A DNA stretch of 62,010 nucleotides, the filler included, from Squatina squatina (taxonomy: Eukaryota): assembly GCA_031763465.1 (NCBI GenBank). It is 3 parts of 3 records of this genome, joined end to end, with 100 filler letters (N's around TTAATTAATTAA, not from the genome) between each part and the next. Parts side by side here need not be neighbours in the genome. Positions count along the whole stretch, not along the records: positions 18,220 to 46,382 come from JARFOE010000046.1; positions 46,483 to 62,010 come from JARFOE010537707.1; 1 more part is not named here. One strand, 5' to 3'. Of this stretch, positions 37,588-51,539 are shown in pieces. A program made the translations under genes and the position numbers. The notes beneath the pieces were generated by a model. The model searched no databases. It saw only the letters and a program-made list of their open reading frames with translations, and was not told where the DNA came from. Every line of letters begins with the position of its first letter. Position 1 is the stretch's first letter.

Positions 37588-40500
37588 CTGCAGTAAAAGG
37601 ACATAACNNNNNNNNNNNNNNNNNNNNNNNNNNNNNNNNNNNNNNNNNNNNNNNNNNNNNNNNNNNNNNNNNNNNNNNNNNNNNNNNNNNNNNNNNNNNN
37701 NNNNNNNAGTGCATTTTTGTTCTTTTCACTTTGCCAGGTAGAGGTAAAATGTCACAATGAATACAGATCTTTCAAATAGATTAACGAATGTAGAGGGCAA
37801 ATGAAAGGAAGTCTTTATCCCCTCAGATTTCTGTAAAGTATTTTAATCTATGGCCCTGGGATATGTTGAGCCCAGGAATAAAAGGAGGTCAAGAGAACAA
37901 CTGATGTTTAAAATGTAATCTTTAAGAACAAAACTCCAGGTAAGGTAAACAGAAACTAGGATCTGGATTTTTGAATGTCTGTTGAAGTGAGTAATCTGCG
38001 GAGACTGCCTGTAACCCGTGGTGGAAAGTGAGTGACCTATTAACTTTTGTAATCCATGAAAGTGCTTTCAGATTCCCAGATACCTGTCAACAATTCTCTC
38101 AAGACAACCTCGGGCTTCTTTCTATCATTTTCATGCAAGCACTTTAAGTCACACATGAAAGTATTGATTATGAATGTTGCAGTGCACAAGGCAGCATTCT
38201 AGACCAAACAAAGTTAGCTTTTTGGATTAGAAAAATGTAACTATTCGTTCAAAGGGGTCGATACTAACTCCCCCCACCACACCGCATGCGACTGGCGGGA
38301 GAGGGTCGGTGGTGGCGGGGGGTAGTTAAAAACTAAATATCGCGAAAAGCGACAAAGATTTGTTCCTCAACTATCATAGTTCTTCACAATACTTGAGAAA
38401 TAAGTCCATTAATCTAAGAATTAAATCTTTTTAAGTACTTCTAATAATTTTTAATGCATCGTTATAAAGACTGGGCTAGCGTAAAGACATACTGGAACAG
38501 GTGCCTGTTCTTCTGCTGCGGAACTTCCACTTCATAACTGAAGGTCGGAAAACAACAATCATTCCCTCTCCTCACCCCGCCAAAACCTGGTTTAAATATT
38601 ATAATGAGATGTCCCACCTCTCAGGACACAGACACGCGATGCAACCCCACCGCGCATGCACCTGCTGCGATTTTTACAGAGGTGGGCTGCATAGTGCATC
38701 TGTGTCCCAATCTCCAGAGGTGGCACAGCTCATTATAATGTTTAAACCAGGCTCCCACAGTGCGGTGAGATAACCTGATCTAAATTTAACTGCTGGTAAG
38801 CTGGGTTTCTCAGGGCTTGGGAAACCCGGCAGCCAATTGGAGGCAGGATAATCCGCATCAAGCAGCTAGCCCTTCCTGTGNNNNNNNNNNNNNNNNNNNN
38901 NNNNNNNNNNNNNNNNNNNNNNNNNNNNNNNNNNNNNNNNNNNNNNNNNNNNNNNNNNNNNNNNNNNNNNNNNNNNNNNNCCCTAGTACCTAAAGATGTT
39001 GTTTTGGGAAATTCACCTTTGACAAGAGAGATCAAATAATTTAGTTGAAGAGGATTTAAGAGTAGGGAGCACTTTCAACATCTCTCAATCTAGGAATCTA
39101 AGGCTGTTCAATTCCACAGGGGAAGCCATCATGACTGGGTCCTCAATAGTCTGCTTGTATCATTAGAAAGGATATTTGGAAAATAGGCACAGTATCTTGG
39201 GTACAGTATATGTTTTAATTATGAATCTAATTAACAAGTATGTATTGAGTAATAAATAGTAATTTTAGTTGTGCATCCTCAGATGCGCAATACTGTAATA
39301 GTATCAAATGAATGTCCACCTGTACTTAAAATGATTAGCTTGCTCACCATTACAGTAAATATATTAATGTGACCTATTGAATGAATCTGAACATGTCTGG
39401 ATCATGCATGAGAATACACTTGTTCTTCATGACAAACAGGCTAGCCTACCACTGCATATTGTGGGAGCAAAGTTGGATTCAGCAGTGATAGAATGTTCAC
39501 ACAGTCATAAACTGAATTACTCTCCTGTGGAGCAAAATGAAGTCAGCACACTGGAGGCAGAAGTCTCTGATTCACAACAAGGTTGCTTCAGATGACTTTA
39601 CCGCCTCTATATGGACAACTACTTTGAAGCAGCTGTTTGTGCGGTACACATCTTGAATTGGCAGCTACCACGCAAATAAAGTCTATCTCTCCCAAGGATT
39701 CTTGCATAAATCCATGTATGTGGTACAGGCGTACAGATGGCATGGCTCAAATATTTGGCAGATGTCATGCACATGGCACACACTGCACCGAAGAGTGAAC
39801 ACATGCATTTTCTAGACTTCTGACCTCAGAAGTCACAAATTGTAGTGGTTAATTATTCTGATAGAACACAGGCTTTTTATGCCAAATAGCACAAATCCCA
39901 AACAAACAAATCAACCAACCTGTGGCACTTCTTGCCTTAAAACCTTCTCTGTAGAAGGTGCTGGTGGGAGAGCATTAATAGTTCGGTTCTGCTTAGGTTT
40001 AAAGCGCCTAGTTCAAACTAAGACATAATCCAGAAGGCTCAGTGGTCTGGCTTAATCCCTACAGTCACACAGAAAAAACATTATCAACTAAACTAATAGA
40101 GACAGTTGTTTGAATAAGAAAGCTGTGGGTTTAGTGATTGCAATTTGTTTTTAATTTATTATATCATTTTTTTTCCACTTATTGCTATGAATCGTGCCAT
40201 GTAAACTTTGATGGGTCCTCCACTGCTGTAGCTATGCCAGGACATCAATGCCTCCCGAGCGTTAATGACAAAAACTATGTTGGATGGTATATTGCCATCA
40301 TGAACATTTAATTTGTATATATCTATTTGGCACCCGCCGTTACCTCTACTGGGGAATCCACCAGTAAATGCTGGGGAGCCAGGAGAACTCCTCCCTGCTG
40401 TACTTTTCCATCTAGAAACTGCCCAAAAAGCTGGGAAAAGCTTGGAAAGTCTGGATCAGTTTTCCTATTTGTTGATGGACAAAGAGTGGACATTAAACTC

Positions 40501-43439
40501 AAACTTCATTTAGGTCAAANNNNNNNNNNNNNNNNNNNNNNNNNNNNNNNNNNNNNNNNNNNNNNNNNNNNNNNNNNNNNNNNNNNNNNNNNNNNNNNNN
40601 NNNNNNNNNNNNNNNNNNNTAATCAATGCTGGGCAGAACTGTGCACATCTGGACTGATTGTTCTTTTCCCAGTTGCAGTAGGAATTCAGCCTTTTACCAT
40701 TTTGTGCTGGAGAGAGTTAAACAACATAATTAATTATCACATGACTCAGATTTATGTCTGTTTAACAAATTGACACCTGTAATAGCTACCAGCTTTTTTT
40801 TTTAAACCATATTTCCCGTGAATGGCCAGCAACAGCTGCAATTGCTATTATCCCCAGGGAGCAGAGACTTTGAAAATAAATGTCCATCAGGTGCTAATGA
40901 GTTGAAGATGTGAATGAAATAGAGTTTAAAATGAAGAATTTTGCTCCACTTCTCTTCTCTCCAGTCTATACTCACCAACTATAGTCCCGTGTTATGTCTC
41001 ACACTATAAAGGGTTAATTAACGTGTAGTACCAGTTTGTCTTTCCTTGCAGTACTTTGATTACTATACAAGTGTGGAATGATCTGTTAAAAGTCAACAGC
41101 ATGTGGAAATGGTTACTTTTAATTTGATATAATTATTGTTATATTGCATATAATTAGGTTTGCTAATTTTTTGACATCAAATCTAACATTTTGATTGATA
41201 GTAGCTATTAATGTGTTTAATTAATAACAGTTTTAAACAATTACTAAAATGCTGAGGTTTTCATTTTAACTTATGAAAACATTTTACCTAAAATATAAGG
41301 AACTCAGATTTGCTAATCAGATCTCTGACGTGCTTTAAGATTTGTCAGAAGTCAGCCTTTAAATTGCATTGTGTTTGATTACCTGATTTCTAGAAATAAC
41401 TCATCAATGGAACATTTATTCACAGTAACAGTCATTAGAATACAGCTCACCAATGGAGTTCAATGTTTTTCATTTCCCCAACTATTACCTTAACCAGCCT
41501 TTGAAGCTAACACACAGCTATAGTGGTCTCACAGAATTTCTAATTTCTACTCAGCACCGGACGTGACCCCACTTACTGAAGCTGTGGTACATCATTACGG
41601 GTTTAGACCTTGATATTACTGACCTAAATAGCTCAGTTGGATTTTATGCACTGGTTTTTCCTCTGTGAAATTCCCAGTCTGTAGAATTCTTAGTCCTGCC
41701 CTCAATCTGCACCTTTCAGATTCACAATTCTGAATTGATGTCACAAATAGGCTGGTTGTGATCTGTGGGCTGGCTATTTTGTGGATGTTATAGATAAAGA
41801 TACATTAAATTCCCTATGAATAGTTTATTTGGATTGTCTCACAGCTTTTGACAAGTCTACAGAGGTTATGCTATGGCTGTGCAATGCACTGCTCAGATCC
41901 CATGTGAATAGCTGTGTTGAATTTTGATCTCTTGCTATGTTCAATTTTGGTCATTACGCTCCAAAAGGACATGCATGTATTGGTGAGGATGCCCCCTTTA
42001 CCACTGCTGTAAAGAGTATGAATTACGAGGAAGGACAAGGAAATAATCTTTAATGTTGAGAAAACCTTTAAAAGGTACAGGGGACCTCGCTGAGGTGCAC
42101 AACATGGCTTAGATAGAGGAATCCCAAATAAAACTTCAAAGCAGGAGTGCTCCTCCAGAACCCACAAAAATTGCTTGAGCCTCTATGATCCCCGGCTTCA
42201 CCCTCCCCTTATGCGTTCCCAAAACTCTCTTGATTTCCCCAATGACTTACTTTGCTGCAGGTCAGGCAGCCTCCAGGCCAATCTATATTGTAGCAGCCCA
42301 AACCCAGCGAACTGCCTCTGGTTGCCTGTGTGGGGCAGGTAGTTCCCTGGCTCCATTTAGACTGGACCAGGCCTCCAGCTGCACTCCCCATGCATTTGGC
42401 TGGCTGACCTTCTACTAGCTGGTTTAATGCATGACATAAGTAGCATTCCCAAGAATGCAAGCCTCAAGCTCTAGCTTTTTAACTTTTCCAGAAACACAGC
42501 TGAAAAATAAATGGCTGGCTTTGTACTTTATTGGAGGACAAATATTAGTCTTTGAGAAGTGGTTGCCATTAATCTTTAGTATAGGTGTAGCAATAAAGGA
42601 ATTACTCCTTAGAGAGCACGGTCTTTGTGGTTGGTCTTTGTTATTAGACCCGGCAGTTTCTGTAGCAATATAATGGGATATCGGTAATTGCAGGAAATGT
42701 TTTGTCATTGCAGTATCCCAGTGGATATTCTTTTATTGTTTTTTCCCCTGCAGTTTCTATATTTTGCTGATTTTTTTAAGCTTATCGAGGTGAAGAATGT
42801 CAGCACCAGGGAATAGCACATATTTCCACTTTGAGCACCCAATGTCAGCATCAAGCATTTCCAGGTCAGGTATAATACAGACCAGATGGAGAGTAAAGCC
42901 CTCTCTGCTCTTCCTTAACAACACACCATAACCCTAACTGCAGTAGGGCAATCATGATTTGTTTTTTTTTCCATTTTGCACACCAGTCATTTGGTGACCT
43001 TTCTGAGGAAGACTGCCAGCTTAGTGCCAATTTGTTCCAAATTCCAAGCAGTTTATGCTGTGGGTATGCAAATGGTCCAGTCCAGACTGATATCATGTCG
43101 GACCCTTACAACCAGTAGCGAGAGGAGATTACCATCATATCAGTCTGACCTGTTATTAAACATTGGTCCCAGAAGTGACCTAGAAGCCAAACCACTGCAC
43201 CATCCAGTCCTGAATGAAGATTGCTGATCATTTTACTGAATTTTTTATACAATATCAGGGACTGTATTTTACTCCATGTTGGTCTCGGATGTAATAGAAA
43301 TGTTTTTTCTTTAAAATAAAANNNNNNNNNNNNNNNNNNNNNNNNNNNNNNNNNNNNNNNNNNNNNNNNNNNNNNNNNNNNNNNNNNNNNNNNNNNNNNN
43401 NNNNNNNNNNNNNNNNNNNNNACCAATCTGTGCTGTACT

Positions 43440-44429
43440 GAGTGCAAAATTAGGCTCAGTAGCGCTTGTTGTTTGGGTGTTAAGGGTGTCATTTGGAGAC
43501 CAAAATTGTGTTCGCTGCGCACGCGCACGCTTCTGGCGTGCATCCTGCTGAACGGCATCTTGGTGAAGGCATCAGCGCCCACTCAGCGAATGTCCACTGG
43601 AAGTATGCAGGGCAAAAAAGTCATGACATCAACCAGTGTGCAATGCTGATTTAATGCCAGCGCTGCCATTTTGGAGTTTCGCGCTCCAGCTAACTCCTTC
43701 TCTTAACCTCGCACATCTGAACACACGTTCAGCAGCAGGAGGACTCCCCACCAGCGCTATTTAAAGGGATCAACTACTTATAGGGTGGTTGCTGGTTAAT
43801 TTTTTTCTGGCTGTTAATACAATTCTACAACTGTTTGGAGCTCTCCATAGTTGTTTCAAGTTGCAAAATCTACAGGGTGTGGTCGGTGCTGAAGCACTTT
43901 TTGCTAACTTTAAGGTTTCTTCACAAACCAGTTGCTCCCAGACATGGGTGCACTAGTCGGCCTAACCCTTGGAATAGAGCATGACTGGGAGAATGAGCAG
44001 AGGTCACACAGAGCAGGACAAGCTGCTGAAAGAGGGAGGAGGTGGAGGGGGAGAAAGGCTCTCAGTAGAAGGAGATATCCGCCCAGGGTGTTCAGGGAGC
44101 AATTCTCCTACATGAACCTCAGTGAAATGCCTGCACTTCAATAAGGGGATAATCACTGAAAACTGCCACCTGCTGCAGCCACAGCTCCAATCTCAGAGCA
44201 GGGCAAGGACTGTATTACCTGTCACTGTGAAGGTAACTGTGGCGATGAACTTTTATGTTTGCCATCCACTATTGCATAAGGGAGGTCACTGAGGCTCTCT
44301 ATTCAAAGAAAGCTAGCTACATTTCAATCTCTCTTACCAGATTCAAGCAGGTGGAGTGAGCACGAGGGTTTGCTCGGATTGCAGGCTTCCCCATGGTGCC
44401 GGGTGCCATTGACTGGACACACTTCACTT
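43440..44429 (+). mobile_element. PIF/Harbinger element, 5' region and degenerate transposase (copy A)
   Basis: ATG GGT GCA at 43944, then RRRYPPRVFREQFSYMNLSE and GAIDWTH. tatttaaagg motif upstream. Confidence 0.8.
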
Positions 44430-44529
44430 NNNNNNNNNNNNNNNNNNNNNNNNNNNNNNNNNNNNNNNNNNNNNNNNNNNNNNNNNNNNNNNNNNNNNNN
44501 NNNNNNNNNNNNNNNNNNNNNNNNNNNNN

Positions 44530-45083
44530 CAGGGTGTTCAGGGAGCAATTCTCCTATTTGAAACTTAGCGAGTGTATGAGGTGTCTGTGCTTCACTAAGG
44601 ACGTCCTCACTGAAATCTGACAACTGCTGCAGCCACAACTGCAACCCCAGAGCAAGGTGAGGATTGCATCACCAGTGGCTATGAAGGTGATCGTGGCTAT
44701 GAAATTTTATGCGTCTGGCTCCTTCCGGTTGGTGCTGGCGTTATTAGCGTCTCGCAGTTTGCCATCTACTGTTGGATAAGGGAGGTCACTGAGGCTCTCT
44801 ATTCAAAGAGAGCTAACTTCATTTAATTCATTCTCGCCAGAGAGAAGCAGGTGGAGCGAGCATGACGTTTTGCAAGTTTTGCATGCCTTCTCATGGTCCA
44901 GGGTGCCATTGACTGCACTCACATTGCTTTGCAGGCTCCGCATGTCAACTCTGCCATGTACCAGAATTGAAAGGGATTTCACTCCCTCAATGTGCAGCTG
45001 ATGTGTGACCATTGACAGCACATCATGCAGGCCAGTGCCCGGTATCCAGCCAGCAATCATGATGCCTTTATTCTGCAGCTGTA
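44530..45083 (+). mobile_element. PIF/Harbinger degenerate transposase (copy B)
   Basis: RVFREQFSYLKLSE...VQGAIDCTH...GFHSLNVQLMCDH*QHIMQASARYPASNHDAFIL. Confidence 0.88.
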
Positions 45084-46382
45084 NNNNNNNNNNNNNNNNN
45101 NNNNNNNNNNNNNNNNNNNNNNNNNNNNNNNNNNNNNNNNNNNNNNNNNNNNNNNNNNNNNNNNNNNNNNNNNNNNNNNNNNNGAGCAGGGGGGCAGCGA
45201 CCCACCACCGACATCGCCTGCCACAGACTCGCCGAGGTAAGTAAAATTGTGGGCTCCATGTGAGTGCAAAGCAGGGGTACCTACTTAATGAGAACAAAGG
45301 AAAATATCCTTTACTCTCTTAAAGTGGCAATATTCCTTCATATGGACTTTTAATAGACTGTCTTGCATTAATATCCTTACTGCAGTTGTGCTAAATTGAC
45401 ATTTGCACCACTAACCCCAGGGCAGCCCGAGAGGATATATGCATCTACTCAGTGGTGGCAACATTCATACCTTTGTTGCACCAGGGCTTTCATGTGAGTA
45501 AGGTATGTCAGTCACTGTTGCTGGCAGCAATATATTGTCCTTGTGTAGTGGCACTGTGAGTTTCAGGGGTAGAGAGAGCGTCCAGTTTCTCCTACCTCTT
45601 TCAGTGATGTGTATATAGTTCAATCTAATTGGCAGTGCAATTAACTGGCCAAGTTGGGGCAATCGGATTCAGGGTGGTTGCCACAATTTTTGCACCAGAA
45701 ATTCTTTTGCGTTCGGCATCACAGGTCACTCTCATAAGCAGATCTCAATTGCATGGCTCAGCTAGTGGAACAGGGAATCTTTGTTCTACGTACCAGTTAC
45801 TGATATATCACACATGTTGCAATGCATGGTCTCCTCTCTTTAAAGAAGATGGCCTGAAAACCACTCAAGATAAGGTATAAATTTAAAGCAAAAATCGGTT
45901 TATTTTACATAAACTGTCTGATTGAACAGAATGCAGTTTTCACAGAGAAAGTGAGAGAGCGAGAATGCTGAATTTAATGTTACAAAAATAATTATACATT
46001 AAAATTCAGCTCAAGCAACAGAGGCAAAATCTTAAATGAACACATTGGTAAACGGAAAGGACGATTCCAGTGCAGCCCATGACATTGTCACATCGTGACA
46101 CCTATTGGTTTCTTGGGACAGCACTGGATCTTTTAGTTTTACTGAAGCTGGGACATTGCTACTCTAGTGTCAGCTTGCCTACATTCACAGTCAAATTGGA
46201 CTGTAATTTGGCTGCTGTCTACTGGACCTTCTAGCTAGGATTAAGAAAATATGCTGAACAGGAGGATAGTGGGTTAGTCACAAATATACATCATTCCTTT
46301 ATGGACTGAACTTTTCATTTTACTTTGTGCATGGCAACAAAGCACCCATTGCAGTAATACCAGCTAGAGCCAGAGTTTACAC

Positions 46383-46482
46383 NNNNNNNNNNNNNNNNNN
46401 NNNNNNNNNNNNNNNNNNNNNNNNNNTTAATTAATTAANNNNNNNNNNNNNNNNNNNNNNNNNNNNNNNNNNNNNNNNNNNN
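46383..46482. other. Artificial scaffold-joining spacer (N44-TTAATTAATTAA-N44)
   Basis: 12-mer at 46427-46438 within Ns. Confidence 0.97.
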
Positions 46483-46990
46483 TCACGTAAAGGGCGACGT
46501 TTGTGTGCCCCAGTCCTGGAGACTGCACGAAGCTGGCTGCAGCCAAAGACCAGCCTGGGCTGGTCAGAGGGGTTTATGAGGGGGAGCGAGGGGAAATCGG
46601 GATTTAGTGCCTGTATATATATATTTTGGGAATTTGCAGTGTTCCTTTTTAAAGAGGGATGGAAGAACCATCGGAATGCCTGAGAAGAGGAGAGTTTTTG
46701 TGGAATGTCAAACGCTTCACGGGCCGCAGCTGACAAAGTGTTGAGGTCGATGGAGCCTCTTGAGGATGAAAGAAGAAAAGCAGTGCAAATAAATTGCCTC
46801 CCAGCACTGGAAGGATTGCAGCATTTCCTAATCCGCGAACCAAACTGCGTCTAGGGGTTCCACAGAATATTTTACAGATGTGTAGCTCAGCAAAGGGATA
46901 GTTATTTAGAAAGCCGAGGCAGTTTTAAATCTAGAAAATGCCCCGGCAGTGAAGCAGCTAAAGAACCAGGAAGGCTTTGATTCAAATCCA

Positions 46991-47375
46991 AGAAAGAAAG
47001 ACTTGCATTTATATAGCGCCTTTCACGTCCACCAGATGTCTAAAAGCATTTTACAGCCAATGAAGTACATTTTGAAGTGTTGTAATGTGGGAAACTCAGC
47101 AGCCAATTTGGGCACAGCAAGCTCCCACAAACAGCAATGTGATACTGACCAGATCATCTGTTTTAGTGATGTTGGTTGAGGGATAAAGATTGGCCAGGGC
47201 TCCCCTGCTCTTTGAAATAGGGATCTTTTACATCCATCTGAGAGGACGGGGTCTTAAGTTAACAGGTTTAACTCCCTCAGTACTGCACTGGAGTGTCACC
47301 CTAGATTTTGTGCTCATGCTCCTGGAGTGGGACTTAAACCCACAACCTTCTGACTCAGAGGAGCGAGTGCTGCAC
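46991..47375 (-). mobile_element. tRNA-derived Deu-domain SINE
   Basis: Tail agaaagaaagacttgcatttatatagcgcc, Deu core, and B-box region ggagtgggacttaaacccacaaccttctgactcaga (reverse complement of the 16607 copy). Confidence 0.88.
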
Positions 47376-47479
47376 GTACCGGCTTTACCATCTGAGTTAT
47401 CGAGCGATAGGAACAATTTTTACAGCCTTTCACCATCCAGAATAAAGTAGTCTGCTTAATCAGCAATTAATCCACTCGT

Positions 47480-47815
47480 GCAAACATCCACTCCCTCCAT
47501 CATCTACAGGGTGCACTGCAACACCTTCCAAACCTGCGGTCTCCACCACCTAGAAGGACAGGACAGCAGGTGCATGGGAGCACCATCACCTCCAGGTTCC
47601 CCTCCAAGTCACACACCATCCTGACTTGGAAATATATCGCCATTCCTTCTTAACCACTGGGTCAAAATCATGGAACTCCCTCTCTAACTGCACTATGGGA
47701 GTACCTTCACATGCGGACTGCAGCAGTTCAAGAAGGTGGTTCCCCACCAACGTCTCAAGAACAATTAGGGATGGGCAATAAATTCTGACCTTGCCAGCGA
47801 CGCCCACATCCCAGG
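47480..47815 (+). mobile_element. CR1/L2-clade LINE 3' end (second family)
   Basis: cacaccatcctgacttggaaatatatcgc...ggaactccct...caattagggatgggcaataaat...cgcccacatccc. A partial related piece lies at ~4035-4093. Confidence 0.7.
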
Positions 47816-47839
47816 AAAAAAATTTTATTTATTTTTTTT

Positions 47840-48590
47840 AAGTTTAATCGAATGCCTTCTGGAAGTCCATATAAATAACATTCCTCTGCCCACTAAGTTA
47901 GTCACTTCCTCAAAGATTTACAGATATTCCTCTGTCCACTATGTTAGTCACCTCCTCAAAAAATTCAATCAGGTTAGTCTTTACAAATCCATGCTGGCTC
48001 TCTTAATCAGCTGAAAATTTTCAAGGCGTTCAGTCACTCTATCCTTAATTATAGACTCTAGTAATTTCACACTCTAATAAACACTTGTTAGGCTAACTGA
48101 TCGATTATTTCCTGGATTCCCCCTCTCGCCTTTCTTAATTAGTGGAGTGATGTGCAAATTTTCCAATCTAAAGGAATGGTTCCTGAATTGAGAGAACATT
48201 GCAAGATTATAGTTAGGGCATCTGCAGTGTTCTCACCTACTTCTTTTAAAATCCTGGGATGGAAATCATCTGGTCCTGGTGATTTGCCACTCTTTAGTGC
48301 TATAATTTTCTTCATTACTGTTATTTTGCTTACGTTAATTTTGGTGAGTTCATGTCCCTGATTCACTATTAGTTTCCTTGGGACGTCTGACATGCTATCC
48401 TTCTACTGTAAATACAGTACTGACGCAAAGTAATTCAACATGTCTACCATTTACAATATCAGTTATCATTTAACATATTGCTCCTGACCACCCACATTTT
48501 CCTAATATAATTGAAAAATAATTTGCGTTACTTTTGATATTCCTTGCAAGTTTCTTTCATACTCACTTTTTATAGCTCTATCTGTTTTGT
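47840..48590 (-). mobile_element. CR1 LINE ORF2 fragment
   Basis: ALKSGKSPGPDDFHPRILKEVGENTADALTIILQCSLNSGTIPLDWK, the classic pre-RT motif. Confidence 0.9.
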
Positions 48591-48594
48591 CACC

Positions 48595-50130
48595 TTTTGA
48601 ACCTGTGGAATTCTCTACCACAGAAGGCAGTTGAAGCTAAATCATTAAATATATTCAAGAAGGAGTTAGATATAGTTCTTAGGGCTAAAGGGAGCAGGGG
48701 ATATGGGGAGAAAGCAGGAAGAGGGTACTGAATTTGGATGATCAGCCATGATCTCATTGAATGGCGGAGTGGGCTCAAAGGGCCGAATGGCCTACTCCTG
48801 CTCCTATCTTCTAAGTTTCTATAAGAGCACGGAGGTGATGCTTGAAATGTATAAAACACTTGTTAGGACACAGCTAGAGTACTGTTTACAATTCTAGCTA
48901 CCACATTACAGGGAAGAGGTGGAGGCTGAATTTACGATCGGAGGCTTCCTGCATGCCGATGCCTCCTATCGCAAATATCTCTATGAACTTAACTGAGGGT
49001 CCGGGAGCAACGTCAATTTGCTGTCTTCTGCCTCCACAGTTGGGCATGCGCAGCGGGTTTATTTTCTTTGCTGTATATATCCTACGGAGAGAATGGAGAG
49101 GTCACATGGGAGGCGTCAACCAATCAGGTAGGAATATCTCCCATTCACGCTTTGCCAAATCTGTTCCATATGTGGCAGATTTGTAAAAGTACGAATGGGA
49201 GAAACAAAACGATACAAGCACATCAAAAAAACATTTTTAAAACGATTGTAACATGAAAATTTAATAAAAACGAGATAAATAATGCAATTAAAAATCTTTT
49301 AAAATGTTTAAAAACATACTTACCTTGATGGGGATATTTGTAAGTAATGTACCATACAGTTTTTTCATTTTTACATTAAAAAAAAAATCTAATGCTGGTA
49401 AACCCAAGCCTGTATTCTTGGTTTTACCATACGTTAAAAAAAGAGAGATTTCCATAGGCAAGAGCTGAGAAAATATCGTAACTCTCCGACTTGGAAAACT
49501 CTTTTGCTGCAGAAGCAGATGATCTGTCAGACAAATCTTGACAGATCACAAGTTCCGGATCTGTGGGCATGCGCAGTGCAGCCCGAGATTCGGAATTTTC
49601 AAGGTCCCCCCCGGGTGCGTATGAACATTGCACGTACCTGGGGCGAATCGAATTCAGCCCCTGATTCTTTATAAAGAATACAAAGGAGGTTTTCGAGGAT
49701 GTTGCCAGGACTGGTGAATTTTAGCTATGAGGAAAGTTTGGATCGGCTGGATTGTTTTGTTTGGAATAGAGGAGGCTGACAGGTGATCGAATTAGGTGTA
49801 TAAAATTATGAGGGGCCCAGAGAGAGTGGATAAGAAGGACATATTTCTCTTAGCAGATAGGTCAATAACTATATATTTAAAGTAATTCGTTCAAGGATTA
49901 GGGGGAGTTGTGGAAAATGTTTTTCACCCAGTAGGTGGTGGGATCTGGATTTCACTGTATGAAATGTTGGTAGAGGCAGAAACCTCCAGTGAATTTACAA
50001 GGTACTTGGCTATGCACCTCAAGGTTGTGGACTGAGCTGGAAAGTGGGATTAGACTGGACAGCTCTTTTTTGGCTGGCTCAGATGCAACGGGCCGAATGG
50101 CCTCCTTCCATGCCATAAGTTTCTATGATT
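48595..50130 (+). mobile_element. CR1 LINE 3' fragments (one complete tail to ~48825; second copy split by MITE)
   Basis: gaacctgtggaattctctaccacag...ggccgaatggcctactcctgctcc tail. A second ORF2 end resumes after 49661 and ends at ttctatgatt. Confidence 0.8.
48922..49661 (+). mobile_element. Complete ~740-bp Harbinger-type MITE nested in CR1
   Basis: Terminal inverted repeats GAGGCTGAATT (48922-48932) / AATTCAGCCCC (49651-49661). AT-rich core. Homologous copies at 31503 and 58585. Confidence 0.8.
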
Positions 50131-50814
50131 CCACTCCCAGTCTTCTGATAATTGCCCATACTCTAACTTTCCCTCTTTGTCCACGCAATTACATAATTGC
50201 CTTTTATAAACCTATTCCACTTACTTCTGCAATAGTTAATGTAGTGAATGATGTTTTCTACCAACCTCGTCTATAAAGCAATTAAGCTAACTTCACCCCG
50301 AATGCTTCAAATTTACCTCAATATTTGCTCTGTCCAATGAGGGGAAACTCTCAGTAGCTAATTATTTTATCATATCTCTTCAGAATCTGAAGATGTGCAG
50401 CAACTTCTCATTAATCTGTGCATCTTGTGTGGAATGAACCCAAGGTTTTTTTCCAATTCCCTCTCTATAACAGTAACTCCACATCCCTACTAACATCCCA
50501 GTGAATCTGCATGGCAGGTTTTTTTTCAATGCTATTACTTCCTATTGGCCCCAAACTGTACACAGCTGAGTACATTTCCCACCCTTGTGCTCCTGGTCTG
50601 GACCGTCACTCTGCCCGCCGAATCATCATGAAATTGAGCTCATTCAGTCTCTAATTGCCTGCACCTGTGCTCCTGATCTGGAACATCACTCCCAAAGACA
50701 TCAGGAAATTGAGACCATTCACTCTGCAACTTTCTGTCCGTTCACTTTAATGGATTGCTTCCACTCCATTTTAGCTACAGTGAGAGTGACTGAGGGATGA
50801 AATGTTGGTGGTAT

Positions 50815-51528
50815 CCTGGGCCGGATTCTGCGATAGAAATAACAGCGAGGCCAACAGCGCTCCCCCTTATCAAAGTATAAATTGGACAGCAACTTCCAGA
50901 GACCGCAAATGCCCAGTTAAATGTGGAACTCAGGAAGCTGCTGTCCGTGATGCCCTGCTCCTCCAAAAGCTGCGCCAGAATGGCATCTCACCAAGAGACT
51001 CGCCATTGAAACAGGTTTAACTGCTTTACTGATTCAAATACACTAAACTCACCAGGAAAAGTTGGGAATTGTTCATTCCAGTTTAAATGTTTTTTAACGG
51101 CATGATAAGTCTTAATTACTGCCAAACAACCGCTCGGGCATTGAATACTAACTTTTGCAAACATGGAGACCCAATCTTTCATTTTACATTTTTGTTGGAG
51201 ATTTAAGAAAATAAATGCTTTAAAGTTGTTTGTACATTTACTTTCGGCCTCTTTTATCTCTATCTTGACCCAGTCTTTCATTCCCTATTAATGTCATTCT
51301 CTGCAACTGATTTGACATTGAATGAAATGTTCGAACTGACACTTCCTGGTTCAGATTCTGCGCTGCTCATTTACGATTCTTCAACCTGATTGGTTGAGCT
51401 GTTCACACATGGTTCCAGATACTCTGTAGAGGGTGTTGCGCATTGGCTGAAGGGAACATCCAGTACAAAATCCCATAGAGAGCCTATGGGAGTGGAATGA
51501 ATCACTGCTAACCACAAAATCCGGTCCG
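50815..51528 (+). mobile_element. MITE with gggccggatt / aatccggtcc termini
   Basis: Near-perfect terminal inverted repeats; interior related to 9540-10065. Confidence 0.65.
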
Positions 51529-51539
51529 TTCATTCAGTG

